Part shown: positions 61,930 to 64,000 of the stretch, one piece after another | Numbering within the stretch: the stretch's first letter is position 1 | How the letters are laid out: every line of letters starts with the position of its first letter | Origin: Coleofasciculus sp. B1-GNL1-01 | Lineage (GTDB): Bacteria; Cyanobacteriota; Cyanobacteriia; Cyanobacteriales; Coleofasciculaceae | Length of the DNA: 64,000 nt | Strand: one strand, 5' to 3' | Assembly: GCA_040220235.1 (NCBI GenBank) | Contig: JAVJTO010000006.1 | Notes under the pieces: model-generated | Seen by the model: the letters and a program-made list of their open reading frames with translations, nothing else | The model's database searches: none | Told to the model about the DNA's origin: nothing | Program-made: the position numbers and the translations under genes

Positions 61930-64000
61930 TTATTGCAACTGTTCAATTAATTGGCGTTTTGCCGTATCCAAGGCTTCCGGTAGCTTACTGGAATCTCGTC
62001 CCCCAGCTTGGGCTAAATTGGGGCGTCCCCCACCGCCACCGCCGCAAAGTTTGGCAATTCCACCAATAAATTTACCAGCTTGTAGTTGCTTGTCTTTGTG
62101 AACTTTGGCACTAAACGCCGCCACTAAACTAACTTTTCCTTCTGTGGGAACCGAACCTAAAACAACCGCACTGTCTCCCAGTTTCTGTTGGAGTCGTTCC
62201 GCTGCGGTTTTCAGGGCGTCGGGTTCAATGTCTCCCAGATTTGCCACTAAAACTTTGAACTCACCCACGGATTCAGCTTGACTCAATACCTGATCCGATT
62301 TGGCTAATGCCAATTCTTGTTTCACGGCGTCTAATTCTTTCTGAGAGGCTTTGAGTTCGTTCTGGAGATTGGTAATTCGATCAGGGATTTCTTCGGGTTT
62401 TGCCTTAAAGCGATCGCCTAATTCTTTGACCACTTTATCCCGCAGATTCAAATAATCCAATACCGCAGGACCTGCTACGGCTTCGATACGCCGAATCCCA
62501 GACGCGACGCCCGTTTCAGAGACAATTTTAAACACACCAATTTCAGCGGTATTATTCACATGAGTTCCGCCACAGAGTTCCATAGAAACACCGGGGAAAT
62601 CAATCACTCGTACCTCCGAAGCGTACTTTTCGCCAAACATCGCGATCGCACCTTTTGCCTTGGCGTCTGTCAGGGGCATTATTGCCACATCTGCGCCGTG
62701 TGCCTCAGCTATCCAGGTATTAATTTGCTCCTCAATTTGTACCAATTCCTCTGCTGTCAGGGAACGGGAACAATTGAAGTCAAACCGCAGCCGATCAAAG
62801 GCGACTAAAGAACCCGCTTGGGAAATAGACGGATCAACAATCTTTTTCAGCGCCGCTTGTAATAAATGGGTAGCCGTATGATTAGCTTGGGCGCGACGGC
62901 GACAAGCGCGGTCAATTTGGGCGGTAACGGTATCCCCTAGGTTTAGGGTTCCCCGTTCCACGCGACCAAAATGGACAAAGAAGTCGGATTCTTTTTTGAC
63001 ATCTTCAATCCGTACTACTAAATTATCGCCGGATAAATAGCCGCGATCGCCAATTTGTCCCCCCGATTCGGCATAGAATGGGGTTTGGTCGAGAACAACT
63101 TGCACCTCAGTCCCCGTCTGGGCTGATTCAACCGACTCGCCATTTGCAACTAGCGCCATCACTTGGGCGGTAGTGGCAGGTACGGTATATCCTAAAAATT
63201 CGGTCGCCGCCACTCCAGATGTCATTTCATCCAGATTTCCTTGTGCCAATAAATCAACAGTTTCGTGGGCGGCTTGAGAGTTTTCTTGCTGTTCTTTCAT
63301 CGCCGCTTCATAGCCAGCAATGTCCACCGTTAACCCATGTTCTTCGGCAATTTCTTGGGTTAATTCTAAGGGGAAACCATGGGTATCATAGAGGGTAAAC
63401 GCATCCCGTCCGGAAATAAGATCAGGCTTTTGCGCCAGAATATCTGCCAATAACTTCTCGCCGCGTGCGAGGGTTTTGCGGAATTGCGATTCTTCTCGTT
63501 GCAATTCGGCTTGAATCGCATCATTCCGTTCCCGCACATTCGGATAGGTGTCTTCAGCCAGTGCGATCGCGGTTTCAGCGACTTGGGTGGTAAACTCCCC
63601 TTGAATGCCAATTAATCGCCCATGGCGTACCACTCGCCGGATTAAACGGCGCAGGATATAGCCGCGTCCAATATTCGAGGCGGTAATTCCATCAGCAATC
63701 AGATGAACTACAGCGCGAATGTGATCCCCAATCACTTTTAGAGAGACTTTTGTCTTCTCGTCACTCTTGGCGTAATCAACGCCAGCAATCTCAGCCGCCG
63801 TCTTGATAATCGGGAAAATCAGATCCGTTTCGTAGTTATTGGGAACCTGCTGGAGGATTTGCGCCATCCGTTCTAATCCCAATCCGGTGTCAATATTTTT
63901 GTTCTGTAGGGGGGTAAGATTCCCGTCTGCATCCCGGTTGTATTGCATGAACACCAGGTTATAGTACTCAATAAACCGGGTGTCATCTTCTAAATCGATA
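61930..64000 (-). CDS. alaS: Alanine--tRNA ligase, 3' part (start lies beyond the window)
   Basis: [47 protein letters not shown]. Confidence 0.98.
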   Translation of the reverse strand, partial: IDLEDDTRFIEYYNLVFMQYNRDADGNLTPLQNKNIDTGLGLERMAQILQQVPNNYETDLIFPIIKTAAEIAGVDYAKSDEKTKVSLKVIGDHIRAVVHLIADGITASNIGRGYILRRLIRRVVRHGRLIGIQGEFTTQVAETAIALAEDTYPNVRERNDAIQAELQREESQFRKTLARGEKLLADILAQKPDLISGRDAFTLYDTHGFPLELTQEIAEEHGLTVDIAGYEAAMKEQQENSQAAHETVDLLAQGNLDEMTSGVAATEFLGYTVPATTAQVMALVANGESVESAQTGTEVQVVLDQTPFYAESGGQIGDRGYLSGDNLVVRIEDVKKESDFFVHFGRVERGTLNLGDTVTAQIDRACRRRAQANHTATHLLQAALKKIVDPSISQAGSLVAFDRLRFDFNCSRSLTAEELVQIEEQINTWIAEAHGADVAIMPLTDAKAKGAIAMFGEKYASEVRVIDFPGVSMELCGGTHVNNTAEIGVFKIVSETGVASGIRRIEAVAGPAVLDYLNLRDKVVKELGDRFKAKPEEIPDRITNLQNELKASQKELDAVKQELALAKSDQVLSQAESVGEFKVLVANLGDIEPDALKTAAERLQQKLGDSAVVLGSVPTEGKVSLVAAFSAKVHKDKQLQAGKFIGGIAKLCGGGGGGRPNLAQAGGRDSSKLPEALDTAKRQLIEQLQ

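Overview
A 64-kb chromosomal window from a filamentous cyanobacterium. This is inferred from dense HIP1 sites (GCGATCGC), 7- and 9-bp tandem repeats, GTAG-type REP palindromes and genes such as ndhCKJ, tic22, crr7 and ycf52; the repeat repertoire looks Coleofasciculus/Microcoleus-like, which is unverified. The backbone is housekeeping and signalling: a GT2, PAS histidine kinases, a Ser/Thr kinase, an M48 peptidase, sufA, pyrE, prmC, tsaC, ndhCKJ, selO, partial alaS and three tRNAs. The most striking items are: (1) a stand-alone A-T-R NRPS-like reductase with a glycine specificity code, whose A domain is interrupted between A8 and A9 by three PilZ domains, two with complete c-di-GMP motifs, lying downstream of an ethanolamine-permease-like gene; (2) an AT-rich three-gene cassette of beta-class DNA methyltransferase, PtuA-like ABC ATPase with an extra N-terminal domain, and PtuB-like HNH nuclease; (3) four IS200/IS605-type RNA-guided elements: an intact TnpB element splitting a MASE1 hybrid kinase, an IsrB-omegaRNA element sharing its left end, a deleted tnpA/tnpB element, and a 449-bp ORF-less omegaRNA element inserted exactly at the ndhC/ndhK overlap; (4) a peptidase CDS whose 3' end is read from within tRNA-Leu. 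All calls come from reading motifs by eye; no searches were run.
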